Shown: positions 55,051-64,000 of the stretch, piece by piece
Numbering within the stretch: position 1 is the stretch's first letter
How the letters are laid out: each line of letters begins with the position of its first letter
Sequence record: KP869102
Length of the DNA stretch: 64,000 bases
Strand: one strand, 5' to 3'
Source of the DNA: Escherichia coli O157 typing phage 4
Program-made: the position numbers and the translations under genes
Notes under the pieces: model-generated
Told to the model about the DNA's origin: nothing
Databases searched by the model: none
The model's input: only the letters and a program-made list of their open reading frames with translations

Positions 55051-58000
55051 TTAGTCGTGAGACTCGTTCCAAGGTCCTTGGAAGCTTGAGTTAGAACGGC
55101 TTACCACAACAGTAGGACAGGATATTGCGACCCCTGTTACAGAAGACGTTGACCATGGTGTGTAGATTTCAACAACAATATCTATGGTTTGTTCACCAAG
55201 ACCTGTTATCCCTACCGCACACATGCCGTTGTTGTCGTTTCCGTACTTCTTCCCTGCAAGGATTTGATGTCCGGCTATCCAAACGTTGAGCTGGGAGCCA
55301 GACAAGGTTCCGTTTAGTTTAAAGAAGAATGTTACGTTCTTACCTTGTCCTGAAACGTTGTCCACATATCTCCACCTCCAACGGCAAACCCTCTGCTGCG
55401 AGTTATATACTGGAGGACAGTCACCGTAGGTTCTGTGTGCAACTATTGCACCTTCGAACTGGTTAGCACGGATAACAGAAGCTTCTACACGCCCACGGAA
55501 GGTACCTCCGGTTGCATCTATGGTGCCCCTAAAGCTACCATTATTGGCATAAACATCCCCACGGAAGGTACCACTAGTGGCGTTAACTGCCCCTGTGAAG
55601 TTACCAGAACTAGCGTTGATGTTGCCTTTCACCCACACATCCATAAATTGGGCGTGCCCGTTCTTGTTAATATACCAACCGTATTTATGGTACCCGTTGC
55701 CATCGTAGTTGTTTGACGAGATTTCTTGTGCGATCTTGGCAGAGGAGATCGTGCCATTCTCTATAAAAGCGTCTTTCAAGAACGCTTGGTTGTTCTTGAT
55801 TGCGAAAGCAAGGGTTGCTGTTCCATTTCCTGGGTTGTATACCGCAAAATTGTTTGCACTAACCATGAAGTAGGATTGAACTTGGCCTCCAGACCCTTCC
55901 ATCCCCAACTGAATACCTGCAACATATTTATTCCCTGCGGAGTCTACCTGTATTTTTGTGCCCCATTGAGCATTTACTTTACCCTCTAAGTCGGTTACAG
56001 CCTTAGATGTTGTAGCTACTGCAGCCCTGATCTCAGACACATCCCCAACATCATCCATGATCTCCTGCTTAGCAACAGCAAGTTCTTGACGAATAGCTGA
56101 CGCTGTGCCGTTGATAAGGTCCACAGTGGCTTTGTTGGTATCGGAAATTGTAGCATCCAGCGCTGTTTTTGTGGAGGTCAGTTTTCCATCCAAAGCATCA
56201 ATCGCTTGCTTGTTGGTAGAAATCTCCCCACGTGCAGAAGTTATCTGCTCTGACAGTGCAGATGTTTTCTGATTCAGCAGGTCAGTGGTGGCCTTGTTGG
56301 TATTGGCAATCAAGGTGTTGAGGTCAGTTTTTGCGGTAGTTATCTTTCCGTCAAGGGTGGTATAGTTTTTAGATACCGTCGCGTTTGTCTGACTAATCTT
56401 TTGATCCAGAGTTTCAGATGTCCTGTTCAAAAGATCCACAGTGGCTTGGTTAGTGCTCAAGATGCTTGCGTCAAGTTCTGTTCTCTGAGTATTGATCTTA
56501 CCATCTAGAGTTTTATCTCCGGCTAAATACCCGCTCTCAACTCCCTCTAGCTGCTCTACCAGTTCACCTTTGGCGGCAACCAATTTCTCATCTAAAGCCT
56601 CTGTCTTTTTGTTCAGAAGATCAGTAGTTGCTTTATTGGTTGTCTCAATCAGAGATGCCAATCTTCCACTTTCAGTGTTCAGATCGTTGGTGAACTTGTT
56701 CTGTGCAGCAACAAGTTTCCTATCCAGCGCTGTGATATTGCCATTGACATCCTCAAACTTCTGAGTTGTCTCTGTAACTACCGCACCTATTCTGTCCCCA
56801 AGTTGCTGGAATGCCTCATCTACCCTACCATCCATGTATTTATTAAGCTCTGTGACACGATTTTCAACCTCTTCAATAGAGGAATCCAAAGTGCTCATCA
56901 ACTCTTTATAAGTTTCTGTCTTTTTGAATTCAGCATCTATCTGAGGCATCAAATCCTCGATAGAGGTGTAGCAGTGTGCAGCGCATTCTACAAACTGAGA
57001 GCTACCAAAAGCGTTTGTGGTTCGAATATACCAATAATAAACCTTATCGTTCTGCAGGCCTTCAGATGTCCAAGTTGAACCAACACCCATACGGGTGGCG
57101 TTTGAAGTAACGGTTGCATCACTGGTGTCTGGCAACCTTGTCATACCAGATGTCCAAAAGTCATACTGGGTGCTAACACTTGCTAAATCCCTACTATGCG
57201 GAATCAAGGTGATAGCAAAGTATCCTTGCTTAACCTCTACAGAAACCGGAGCTTCAGGTGCCTGAATGTTAAACTCACAGTACGCTTCTGGAGATACACC
57301 ACCTTTATAGGATGTTGCAACCACGGTTGCTGTGTATGACCCTTTGGTCAAGCCTTCTACTCGGACAAACTGCTCAACTGTCTGTGCTGTCCAAACAATC
57401 TCTCCGTTCTTTCTTACCTGCACAATATTTTGAGCGTAAGTCCCAACGTTGTCCCAAGCCAAAACACCGTGAGTTACTTCCCCAGCTTGGAGAACGGAAT
57501 ATCTGAAGTTTTGCGGTTGAGCTACACCAGATGGAGATATTGGAATATCTACATCGCCAGAATCCGGAAGTTGTCCTGTGGCATCATTCCACTCTTTAGC
57601 ATCTTGACGAAGTTTTACCTTGACACCACCCTTTTTGGTAAACTCCCATTCAAGAACTCTCATTTCTTGGCCCACTATACCAATACTTGGGAGGTCCATT
57701 GTAACGTAACGACCAGGTTTAAATTTGAAACCTCGCATATTGCAGGTGACTTCAATAATCCTGCCAGCTCTGGCACGTCTTAGGAAGATTGCAGAAACAC
57801 GCTGAGCTTGATAAGGACTGGTAACAAAGCGATAGTCTATATCGATTATCTTTCTTTCTCCATCCTTCTCTATCCACTCTGGGACAAACACTGATGGAAA
57901 ATCTGTTTCAGAATACCCTTTGGTAGGACTGGTGAATCTGCCAGTTATTGTGTTGGATCTTTTGTCAAATGAGGCTTCCGGATAGATCTTGACCTCACCA

Positions 58001-58890
58001 CAGACACAATCCTCACTCAGTGTCATTGTTGCCGGGCCATAGTATGCACCAACCAGCAAACCATACTTACCAGCTACATAGCTGAGATCTGCGCCACAAG
58101 CTTTCAGCATTTCTGCCATAATACTTGCTGGGGCCTCATCCATATCGAACTCGCCATTAATTGTGTAACGGCGCTCACTGGTTCCGTCTGCGTTTTTTAC
58201 CGCCTCGTCGCATATGTTGGCAGCCTCCTTGAAGGACTCCCAGTTGATGGTTTCGTCAGGACATTTAAGGTACGTTCTTAAATAGTCTAGAATCACCAAG
58301 GCTGCGTTATTGGTGTACACCTCTTTACTGATACGAGGATCATAGCATTTTTTACCAACCTTAACGAGTGTAACGTTTGGCAACCCAAAAGGAAACTTGT
58401 TAGGGTCAAACTTGAAGCTGGCACGTAGCCAACTGATCCCTCTACCTATCATGTCTGGTGACCACGATGGGCAGTGTGTCCCCATGAAAGGATCAGCTGT
58501 TTTTCTGTCGTTATGTAGCTCCCACGATACCAAATCCCCATATGAGGAAATAGGATTACCGTCGATAAGTATATCCTCTATACCTTCCAAAGGGTGATTG
58601 GCAAGAACAATAGCACAATGGAGAGTTCTGTCTCTATCCTGCTCCAAAAACGCAAGCAATCCGGATGTGCGTGTCTTCCCATACACTACAGAGCAAGGTG
58701 CAGCAGAAGATCTGAGAAGCTTTTGTCTATCTTGCTGACTTCTGTAAGATTTGTTGCCCTCAAAAATCTTATCCAGAGTTCTGGTGGTAACAGTGTTCAG
58801 GCTGTCAGCCAGAGCTGCCTTGGATGCGTTCCAGTCATAACTTGAAGATCTTGCAGAAGCAACGATGTTATCAATCATTGCAATTGGCAT
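55051..58890 (-). CDS. lambda J-like tail tip / host-specificity protein with expanded coiled-coil repeat array
   Basis: 1279 aa; segments QGYFAITLIPH...YDFW...YYWYIRTTNAFGSSQFVE and NKYVAGIQLGMEG...FMVSANNFAVYNPGNG recalled as matching lambda J; central heptad repeats of about 300 aa. Confidence 0.75.
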   Translation of the reverse strand: MPIAMIDNIVASARSSSYDWNASKAALADSLNTVTTRTLDKIFEGNKSYRSQQDRQKLLRSSAAPCSVVYGKTRTSGLLAFLEQDRDRTLHCAIVLANHPLEGIEDILIDGNPISSYGDLVSWELHNDRKTADPFMGTHCPSWSPDMIGRGISWLRASFKFDPNKFPFGLPNVTLVKVGKKCYDPRISKEVYTNNAALVILDYLRTYLKCPDETINWESFKEAANICDEAVKNADGTSERRYTINGEFDMDEAPASIMAEMLKACGADLSYVAGKYGLLVGAYYGPATMTLSEDCVCGEVKIYPEASFDKRSNTITGRFTSPTKGYSETDFPSVFVPEWIEKDGERKIIDIDYRFVTSPYQAQRVSAIFLRRARAGRIIEVTCNMRGFKFKPGRYVTMDLPSIGIVGQEMRVLEWEFTKKGGVKVKLRQDAKEWNDATGQLPDSGDVDIPISPSGVAQPQNFRYSVLQAGEVTHGVLAWDNVGTYAQNIVQVRKNGEIVWTAQTVEQFVRVEGLTKGSYTATVVATSYKGGVSPEAYCEFNIQAPEAPVSVEVKQGYFAITLIPHSRDLASVSTQYDFWTSGMTRLPDTSDATVTSNATRMGVGSTWTSEGLQNDKVYYWYIRTTNAFGSSQFVECAAHCYTSIEDLMPQIDAEFKKTETYKELMSTLDSSIEEVENRVTELNKYMDGRVDEAFQQLGDRIGAVVTETTQKFEDVNGNITALDRKLVAAQNKFTNDLNTESGRLASLIETTNKATTDLLNKKTEALDEKLVAAKGELVEQLEGVESGYLAGDKTLDGKINTQRTELDASILSTNQATVDLLNRTSETLDQKISQTNATVSKNYTTLDGKITTAKTDLNTLIANTNKATTDLLNQKTSALSEQITSARGEISTNKQAIDALDGKLTSTKTALDATISDTNKATVDLINGTASAIRQELAVAKQEIMDDVGDVSEIRAAVATTSKAVTDLEGKVNAQWGTKIQVDSAGNKYVAGIQLGMEGSGGQVQSYFMVSANNFAVYNPGNGTATLAFAIKNNQAFLKDAFIENGTISSAKIAQEISSNNYDGNGYHKYGWYINKNGHAQFMDVWVKGNINASSGNFTGAVNATSGTFRGDVYANNGSFRGTIDATGGTFRGRVEASVIRANQFEGAIVAHRTYGDCPPVYNSQQRVCRWRWRYVDNVSGQGKNVTFFFKLNGTLSGSQLNVWIAGHQILAGKKYGNDNNGMCAVGITGLGEQTIDIVVEIYTPWSTSSVTGVAISCPTVVVSRSNSSFQGPWNESHD

Positions 58891-59327
58891 TAATACCTCC
58901 AGACATCAACAACGATAGAATCTTTCATGTCGAACATAAAGACCCCTTTATCACCTTTCGCCCAAATCTGGTTGTTCCAGAACACACCAGCGGTGAGCCC
59001 GTTCAGACCTTCGAAAATGACAATATCTCCACGCTGAACCTGTTTAGGAGTGTCCAGGCGAGTCATAAAGAAATCAAAAATAGTGGGCAAATGTGTGGTT
59101 TTGAAATGAAGCATGCACCATCTCTTGCTTTCCAACTCTGTTTTATACGTTCCTTCGAAGTTAGAAAGAAAATCTGTTCCGTATTGGGCATCAACACACT
59201 TAGCCGCAAAAGTGCAACAATCGTGGAATCCCCATTCAAAAGGTATGGTGGCCTCTTCGTCAAATACTTTCCACAACCTTTCTTGCCAGTCCACTAGACG
59301 AGGATGTGTGCTCATTAAACCTCCCAA
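58890..59327 (-). CDS. minor tail protein, possible NlpC/P60-like
   Basis: 145 aa; directly upstream of the J-like gene; Cys-containing FHDCCTFAAKC. Confidence 0.5.
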   Translation of the reverse strand: MGGLMSTHPRLVDWQERLWKVFDEEATIPFEWGFHDCCTFAAKCVDAQYGTDFLSNFEGTYKTELESKRWCMLHFKTTHLPTIFDFFMTRLDTPKQVQRGDIVIFEGLNGLTAGVFWNNQIWAKGDKGVFMFDMKDSIVVDVWRY

Positions 59328-59881
59328 ATGATCGGGCGGCTCGCCACCTGATCCACATATTTAAAAAATCTGTCATTATCGTTTCTTGAGCTGTGGCTTT
59401 CCTCCGTGTACCGATAAGGAAAACCTCTTAACCAACTGTTGAAGATGGAAGAGATGGATATGGACAAAGCACTATTCTCACCCGTCTGAATAGCCATATC
59501 TGTTATAAGTCCGTCAAACAAGCCATTAGTTGTAACAGGCAGACCATTCTCCATAGCGGTAATGTACAACGTGGCACGACAACCAGAATACTCCGTCTTC
59601 AGCAGATCACCCACATACTTAGGATCAAACCCGTTTAATGTTGCTACCACAGATCCGAAGTTGGTGGCATCTTTCTCAGACACAGCAGTTAATGTTGCTG
59701 ATCCACCTATCCCTATAAAATGTTGTCCCTCAATTACTACAACACCAGTACCTGAGCACACCCTGACAGTTCCTGTCGGGAGCTCCAGTTTTGCAGCAAT
59801 CAAGATCTCAACACCATCAAGCTCCAGTTTTTCAAGAAATAAATTATCTAATGGCGCTCTAATCATCTTAGAAATCCTCAA
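59315..59881 (-). CDS. minor tail protein
   Basis: 188 aa; position in the tail-tip cassette. Confidence 0.5.
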   Translation of the reverse strand: MRISKMIRAPLDNLFLEKLELDGVEILIAAKLELPTGTVRVCSGTGVVVIEGQHFIGIGGSATLTAVSEKDATNFGSVVATLNGFDPKYVGDLLKTEYSGCRATLYITAMENGLPVTTNGLFDGLITDMAIQTGENSALSISISSIFNSWLRGFPYRYTEESHSSRNDNDRFFKYVDQVASRPIIWEV

Positions 59882-60458
59882 AGAAGTTGATAACTATATT
59901 ATCACCTTTTTGCATAGCATCGACTTTTTGCTTAATTTTATAAATATCTCTGATATGAAACCTGCCCTTCGGAGATTGAGTTATTATCTTCATAGTGTCC
60001 CCTGCGGCAATAGGTTTTCTAAGTCTTGGAGATATGCTTATAACAGCAGACCCAACACCATCGCTACGCACTGGAGCTGTTACCACTTTCAATTCATCAT
60101 TGACAGATATTTTATCTCCGGCTCTGGCTATGTCTCTGTTTGGCTCCCACCCAACCGTCTTCAAAAAATCGTCGTTACCAGTAGGCCCAAGGGCGATTGG
60201 CTCATTAGCTGTTACTGAGTGACCGTAAGTTTTAATAAGAAAGATGTTCCCATCTTTATACACCTGATCAACAAAACTCTTAAGCTCTAGCAACTGTGAC
60301 TCGCTGATATTGGAGACCGTCAAAGTGCCTTTCCAGTTAGGTGTGGCATAGGTTACTTTTTGCGTTTTACCTGTAAACGGACTTTTAAACGTAACAATAT
60401 CTGCCAACAGCTCCAATCTAATATCTGGAAGGTATCTAGGCCTTTCCCATAAAAACAT
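59868..60458 (-). CDS. minor tail protein
   Basis: 196 aa; position in the tail-tip cassette. Confidence 0.5.
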   Translation of the reverse strand: MFLWERPRYLPDIRLELLADIVTFKSPFTGKTQKVTYATPNWKGTLTVSNISESQLLELKSFVDQVYKDGNIFLIKTYGHSVTANEPIALGPTGNDDFLKTVGWEPNRDIARAGDKISVNDELKVVTAPVRSDGVGSAVISISPRLRKPIAAGDTMKIITQSPKGRFHIRDIYKIKQKVDAMQKGDNIVINFFEDF

Positions 60459-60520
60459 TGTGCCTCCAGGTTAAACAATCATGATAGTTATTTTACCAGA
60501 TTTTGAGTTAATACGCAATA

Positions 60521-60550
60521 CAAACAAAAAGCCCCCGCCGAAGCGAGGGC
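60521..60550 (-). terminator. intrinsic terminator (imperfect CCCCGCCGAAGCGAGGG hairpin)
   Basis: 8-bp stem with one mismatch, preceded on plus strand by CAAACAAAAA. Confidence 0.5.
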
Positions 60551-60556
60551 AATACT

Positions 60557-60889
60557 TTAAAGTACTTCCAAGGTGGATACTGATGGGTCGAACATGTTCA
60601 ACCTTATCGGATCTACAACTTTTCCGCTTTTAGAGATGATGTTTTCTGCATCCTCGTCCAGAGCCAGAACGTTAACATAAAACAATTCACTTTTCTCGCA
60701 AACTGGGTAGACAACCATGTTGCCAAACTCATCTTCGGCCTCATAAGTATCTCCAGTCTCTGTGTAAATGAACCCGACAACCTCTACAAGAAGGGTGTTT
60801 TGCAACACCTCATTCTCGTAAAAGCCGATTTCGTCCATGAAACCATTAAAATCCTCCCTGTCAGTAAACCCAAGGGTAAAAGTATTCAT
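60557..60889 (-). CDS. hypothetical acidic protein
   Basis: ORF track 110 aa; followed by a terminator. Confidence 0.5.
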   Translation of the reverse strand: MNTFTLGFTDREDFNGFMDEIGFYENEVLQNTLLVEVVGFIYTETGDTYEAEDEFGNMVVYPVCEKSELFYVNVLALDEDAENIISKSGKVVDPIRLNMFDPSVSTLEVL

Positions 60890-63800
60890 TATTCAACACT
60901 CTCCATCATAAGCTGGGTGTCTGTCAGTGCAGAGTTCCAAACCCTTATGTCCTTAATATGACCAAATAAGTGTCTTTCACCTGTCGCCGTTTGACCACCA
61001 ATGCGGATGAAAGCGCCTCCTGCCAGGAATTCCCAAGAAGACTGCGTTTCCGTGCTCACCAGTCCGTTAGCAAAAGAGCAGGTTTTACCATCATCTTTTA
61101 TCCTGAACCCAATTTTCAATTTACGGGCTTTAGCCATCTCGTAAACACGTCTGTTTGACCCTCCAATATCACAGTATGGGTGACCATCATCCGCAATATT
61201 TGTTGCAGAGCCAAATCCCATGATAAATGCAGCACCGGATTGATGACCTTCTGTATCAATAACCCTAGGAGCTGCGTTAGGAGCTTTGCCCCAGCCTCTC
61301 CAGTTGGCATCAACCGTAGCGGCGATAGTGAACGGTCTGGGCGCTAGGTTATCCGTCATTGGAAATTTACAAAGATCTGCCGCCCTGGTTACAGGTGAAG
61401 ACCCTGTAGGGATAAACGAGGACTCACAAGATCCTAACTCAAACTGAGGTATTGCAACGTCAACCCAATCTCCTACGGCATGTTGAGAACTCTTCGGCGG
61501 GACAATCTGGAATTGGCACCCGATATTCCTGTCAGAGGCCACTGCCTCAAACGTAGCAACAACCCTTGTCCAAGCAGGTCCGGCTGTTTGCCATCTCTCA
61601 GCTTTTACTTTAATTCTCCCCGCTGCACCACCTGTTGTTTCCACTTCAAGTGTTGACAGGTTAACATAAGCATCGCCTTGAAATGTTGTGGTGGATCCGT
61701 CGTACATGTCGAATCTTATACGCAGTCTCTGGTGAGCTTTACCGCCTCTTGCAAGGATAGACCCAGTACAGAATTTCTCAGCACCTGTTACATCGGCACC
61801 TCTGGTGGCTGGAACTACAGCCAAGTTTAACGCCGTTGTTTCTACACCGGACGTGGTGTTTACTGTAAATCTTGCACCTTTTGTGCCGTTGGTGTTTGTT
61901 ACAGTGCTACCGACAGTAATCGCCTGCTGTGCACCCCATTTACTCGGGTCTTCACTGTTAAGCATCAGGTTTGTCCTTTGCCCCTCAATAAGCAACCCAT
62001 CTCTTTCAAAACGTGGTTGGTTTGCTTGTGCAACAGCCATAACACCGCGCTTAGTGAAATAGGTTGCTGTAGAAGGTCTGGAGAAGACCATCTCACCTTC
62101 ACCCAGTGCAGGTTTTAGGTTAGAGGTTAAAGGCAACCACAAGTCAGGCATAACTGGAGCGGTGGTGTTTTCTGGGAAGCTTGTTCTCTTCCAAGGGCTC
62201 CAAGCCATTCCGCTGCCAAGGTTATTGTAATACCTTTCCCATGTTCCGCCAAGATACATTTTATATATCTGGATACAACCTGTTCCTTCGTTAGCGGAGT
62301 TTCTAAGCACGATCAGCGTACCTGCCATCTGCTGACCTGGTGGGTAATTTCTTTCCGCTGTGGCGTTGGCATTCGCCTCTTGATGGTAAATCCCTTCACG
62401 ATCTGCCTTGTAGTCGTTAAGGTCATTAGTTCCCAACCCTTGACCACGGTGCTGAATAACTTTGTTCCACGCTCTGTGGTTTCCTTGCTCTATGGAACGA
62501 GTGTATAGCTGGTCTAAACGACCTGCCATCTGGAAAGCGTAGTTTCCAGAAAATGCCACAGACAACCCGCCAACAACCATGGAACCTTCAGGTCCGTTGA
62601 CGTTACCAGCCATTATTTTAGAAGGGTTGTTATTCCCGAACTGGTTGTTCCAGTCTGCACCTGTGTGGCATACAAAACCACCAGGAGCTGAGAAAGTGCC
62701 ATCTTTGTTGAAGTTGTAGAATCTATGGGCTGAACCAACAACATCTCTAACAATGACCTGACCCGCCTCTGGGGTAGATCTGAACTCGGCCTGTCCTTTG
62801 AGACCAGCACCATTACCGCATTTAGAGGTAAATGTACCGTTAGTTAAATCCTCTGTTCCATCTGATGCACACTGGAATCCTGCATTAGAGAATAACGCCT
62901 TTCTAGGACTGCCGTAACACAAATAGTCAAGACCGTCTGCCCATAGCTCGACTTTTGGCATATTCATTTTGCTCATCACAGCATAGCGTTCAGCAGTGCC
63001 TATATAGTGCCACTGTGTGCCGCCGCCAGTGTAGAACCCAGAGGTACCTTTGAAGTCAACAATAGGTCTGGTATTGGTGTTGTTATCTCCAAGAACAGCG
63101 AGATTCAAATCTGCTGACTGGAGAGGTGCAACGAACTTAACACCGTCCTGATTGTTTGTTACAGAGCCGACCTGGTAATCTTGCTCTCTGGTAAACACTT
63201 CGACAACATTTCTACTTGCGTATATGCTGACAGGGAAAGCACGAGCCTCTACATAGAAAGCAACATACTCTTGTTTACCCCTTGTTGGAGCAACCATCCC
63301 AAGAAGTGCTTTTTCATTCTGGTAGAAATTTACTACCCCGTAGAAAGAGTCTCCTCTGTCTGTCCAACCACCAGTCCTATAGTGACACTGTAAGGTAGCA
63401 CAGTTCATAGGGTCATTTCCAGATGACGATCTGGTAACTATGGTAATATCAGTACCAGTTGCTGGAGCATAGTACGGATCTGTTCTAACGATGATCGGGT
63501 AGTATTTCCCATCTTCCATCCCTGCGGTTCTTGGCAGTGTTAAGAAGTCTTTCACACCTGCTGCTATAGGAACTTTGAACAGATTCTGAGCATCTGCTAA
63601 AGTTGTAGCCCCAGTACCACCTGCGGCTTGAGGTAAAGGTTCCCACTTGGCCTTCCGGTTGTTATAAACACCCCATTCCAGAGTGCCGTTACCGGATTCG
63701 TCCATCCCACCATCCCAGACAACCATCTTGGCGGCTTTCTTGGACCCCCAGAAGCCTCTTTCTGCCCCTGAACTACGGATCCATTCTCCAAGACCCCAGT

Positions 63801-64000
63801 TTGTCAGCTGACCAGTAAGATCCCCAACCTGCATGTATTTAGGGCAGTCTAACACGCCATCTTCGCGGAAACCTAAATATCTATGAGTTTCAGATCCTTT
63901 TGCACCTTTGTGCAGGTGGATTGTCAACCAAGCCTTATTGTCGTTTCTTACCTCAGAGTAGATCCTATATCCATGCTCAAGGACACCGTCAGCGCTGTAT
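60889..64000 (-). CDS. large beta-rich tail fibre/spike-like protein with C-terminal LamG-like lectin domain; N-terminus outside window
   Basis: Track starts at TTG 63927, but the frame stays open to position 64000; C-terminal HLFGHIKDIRVWNSALTDTQL resembles LamG domains; Gly/Thr/Asn-rich. Confidence 0.7.
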   Translation of the reverse strand, partial: YSADGVLEHGYRIYSEVRNDNKAWLTIHLHKGAKGSETHRYLGFREDGVLDCPKYMQVGDLTGQLTNWGLGEWIRSSGAERGFWGSKKAAKMVVWDGGMDESGNGTLEWGVYNNRKAKWEPLPQAAGGTGATTLADAQNLFKVPIAAGVKDFLTLPRTAGMEDGKYYPIIVRTDPYYAPATGTDITIVTRSSSGNDPMNCATLQCHYRTGGWTDRGDSFYGVVNFYQNEKALLGMVAPTRGKQEYVAFYVEARAFPVSIYASRNVVEVFTREQDYQVGSVTNNQDGVKFVAPLQSADLNLAVLGDNNTNTRPIVDFKGTSGFYTGGGTQWHYIGTAERYAVMSKMNMPKVELWADGLDYLCYGSPRKALFSNAGFQCASDGTEDLTNGTFTSKCGNGAGLKGQAEFRSTPEAGQVIVRDVVGSAHRFYNFNKDGTFSAPGGFVCHTGADWNNQFGNNNPSKIMAGNVNGPEGSMVVGGLSVAFSGNYAFQMAGRLDQLYTRSIEQGNHRAWNKVIQHRGQGLGTNDLNDYKADREGIYHQEANANATAERNYPPGQQMAGTLIVLRNSANEGTGCIQIYKMYLGGTWERYYNNLGSGMAWSPWKRTSFPENTTAPVMPDLWLPLTSNLKPALGEGEMVFSRPSTATYFTKRGVMAVAQANQPRFERDGLLIEGQRTNLMLNSEDPSKWGAQQAITVGSTVTNTNGTKGARFTVNTTSGVETTALNLAVVPATRGADVTGAEKFCTGSILARGGKAHQRLRIRFDMYDGSTTTFQGDAYVNLSTLEVETTGGAAGRIKVKAERWQTAGPAWTRVVATFEAVASDRNIGCQFQIVPPKSSQHAVGDWVDVAIPQFELGSCESSFIPTGSSPVTRAADLCKFPMTDNLAPRPFTIAATVDANWRGWGKAPNAAPRVIDTEGHQSGAAFIMGFGSATNIADDGHPYCDIGGSNRRVYEMAKARKLKIGFRIKDDGKTCSFANGLVSTETQSSWEFLAGGAFIRIGGQTATGERHLFGHIKDIRVWNSALTDTQLMMESVE

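Noticed and set aside
55051-64000. Tape-measure protein among the large late proteins
   Set aside because: The 1279-aa protein matches lambda J segments, and the protein at 60889-64000 is beta-rich with a LamG domain; neither has the helical, repeat-spaced character of a tape measure, which is presumably outside the window.

Overview
The window reads as a scaffolded draft of a tailed dsDNA bacteriophage genome; I found no rRNA, tRNA or CRISPR array, and no single cluster I can defend as a complete new system. Three N10 runs (16121-16130, 16441-16450, 26296-26305) split it into four contigs whose order in the window is not guaranteed to be the order in the genome. Content, by region: (1) 1-16047, minus strand: a replication block with a family A DNA polymerase, an HNH-AP2 homing endonuclease, a T7 gp4-like primase-helicase, a short C5-methyltransferase-like protein, a beta-class amino-methyltransferase, a Dda/Pif1-like helicase and a putative rIIB-like protein, plus many small ORFs including tandem paralogs. 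(2) 16131-16440: a 310-bp contig that is a near-identical copy of 21-330 differing only by synonymous changes. (3) 16451-26295: a sigma70-type promoter with short plus-strand ORFs, then about 2.5 kb of non-coding DNA dense in iterons and palindromes, then a minus-strand run of small early-type ORFs (several membrane peptides) ending in a gene cut off by the gap. (4) 26306-64000: an rIIA-like GHKL ATPase, a secreted SleB-like cell-wall hydrolase, a MoxR-like AAA ATPase, a plus-strand island (33060-39809) with its own promoters and a vWA/HExxH protein, and a minus-strand late tail module with a lambda J-like protein, two paralogous fibres with a Tfa-like chaperone, and very large beta-rich proteins. 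The most unusual observations are the repeat-rich non-coding locus, the split AAA/vWA pair, the two methyltransferases bracketing unknown ORFs, and the strand-inverted island. All functional calls come from motifs read by eye in the supplied translations; no database search was run.
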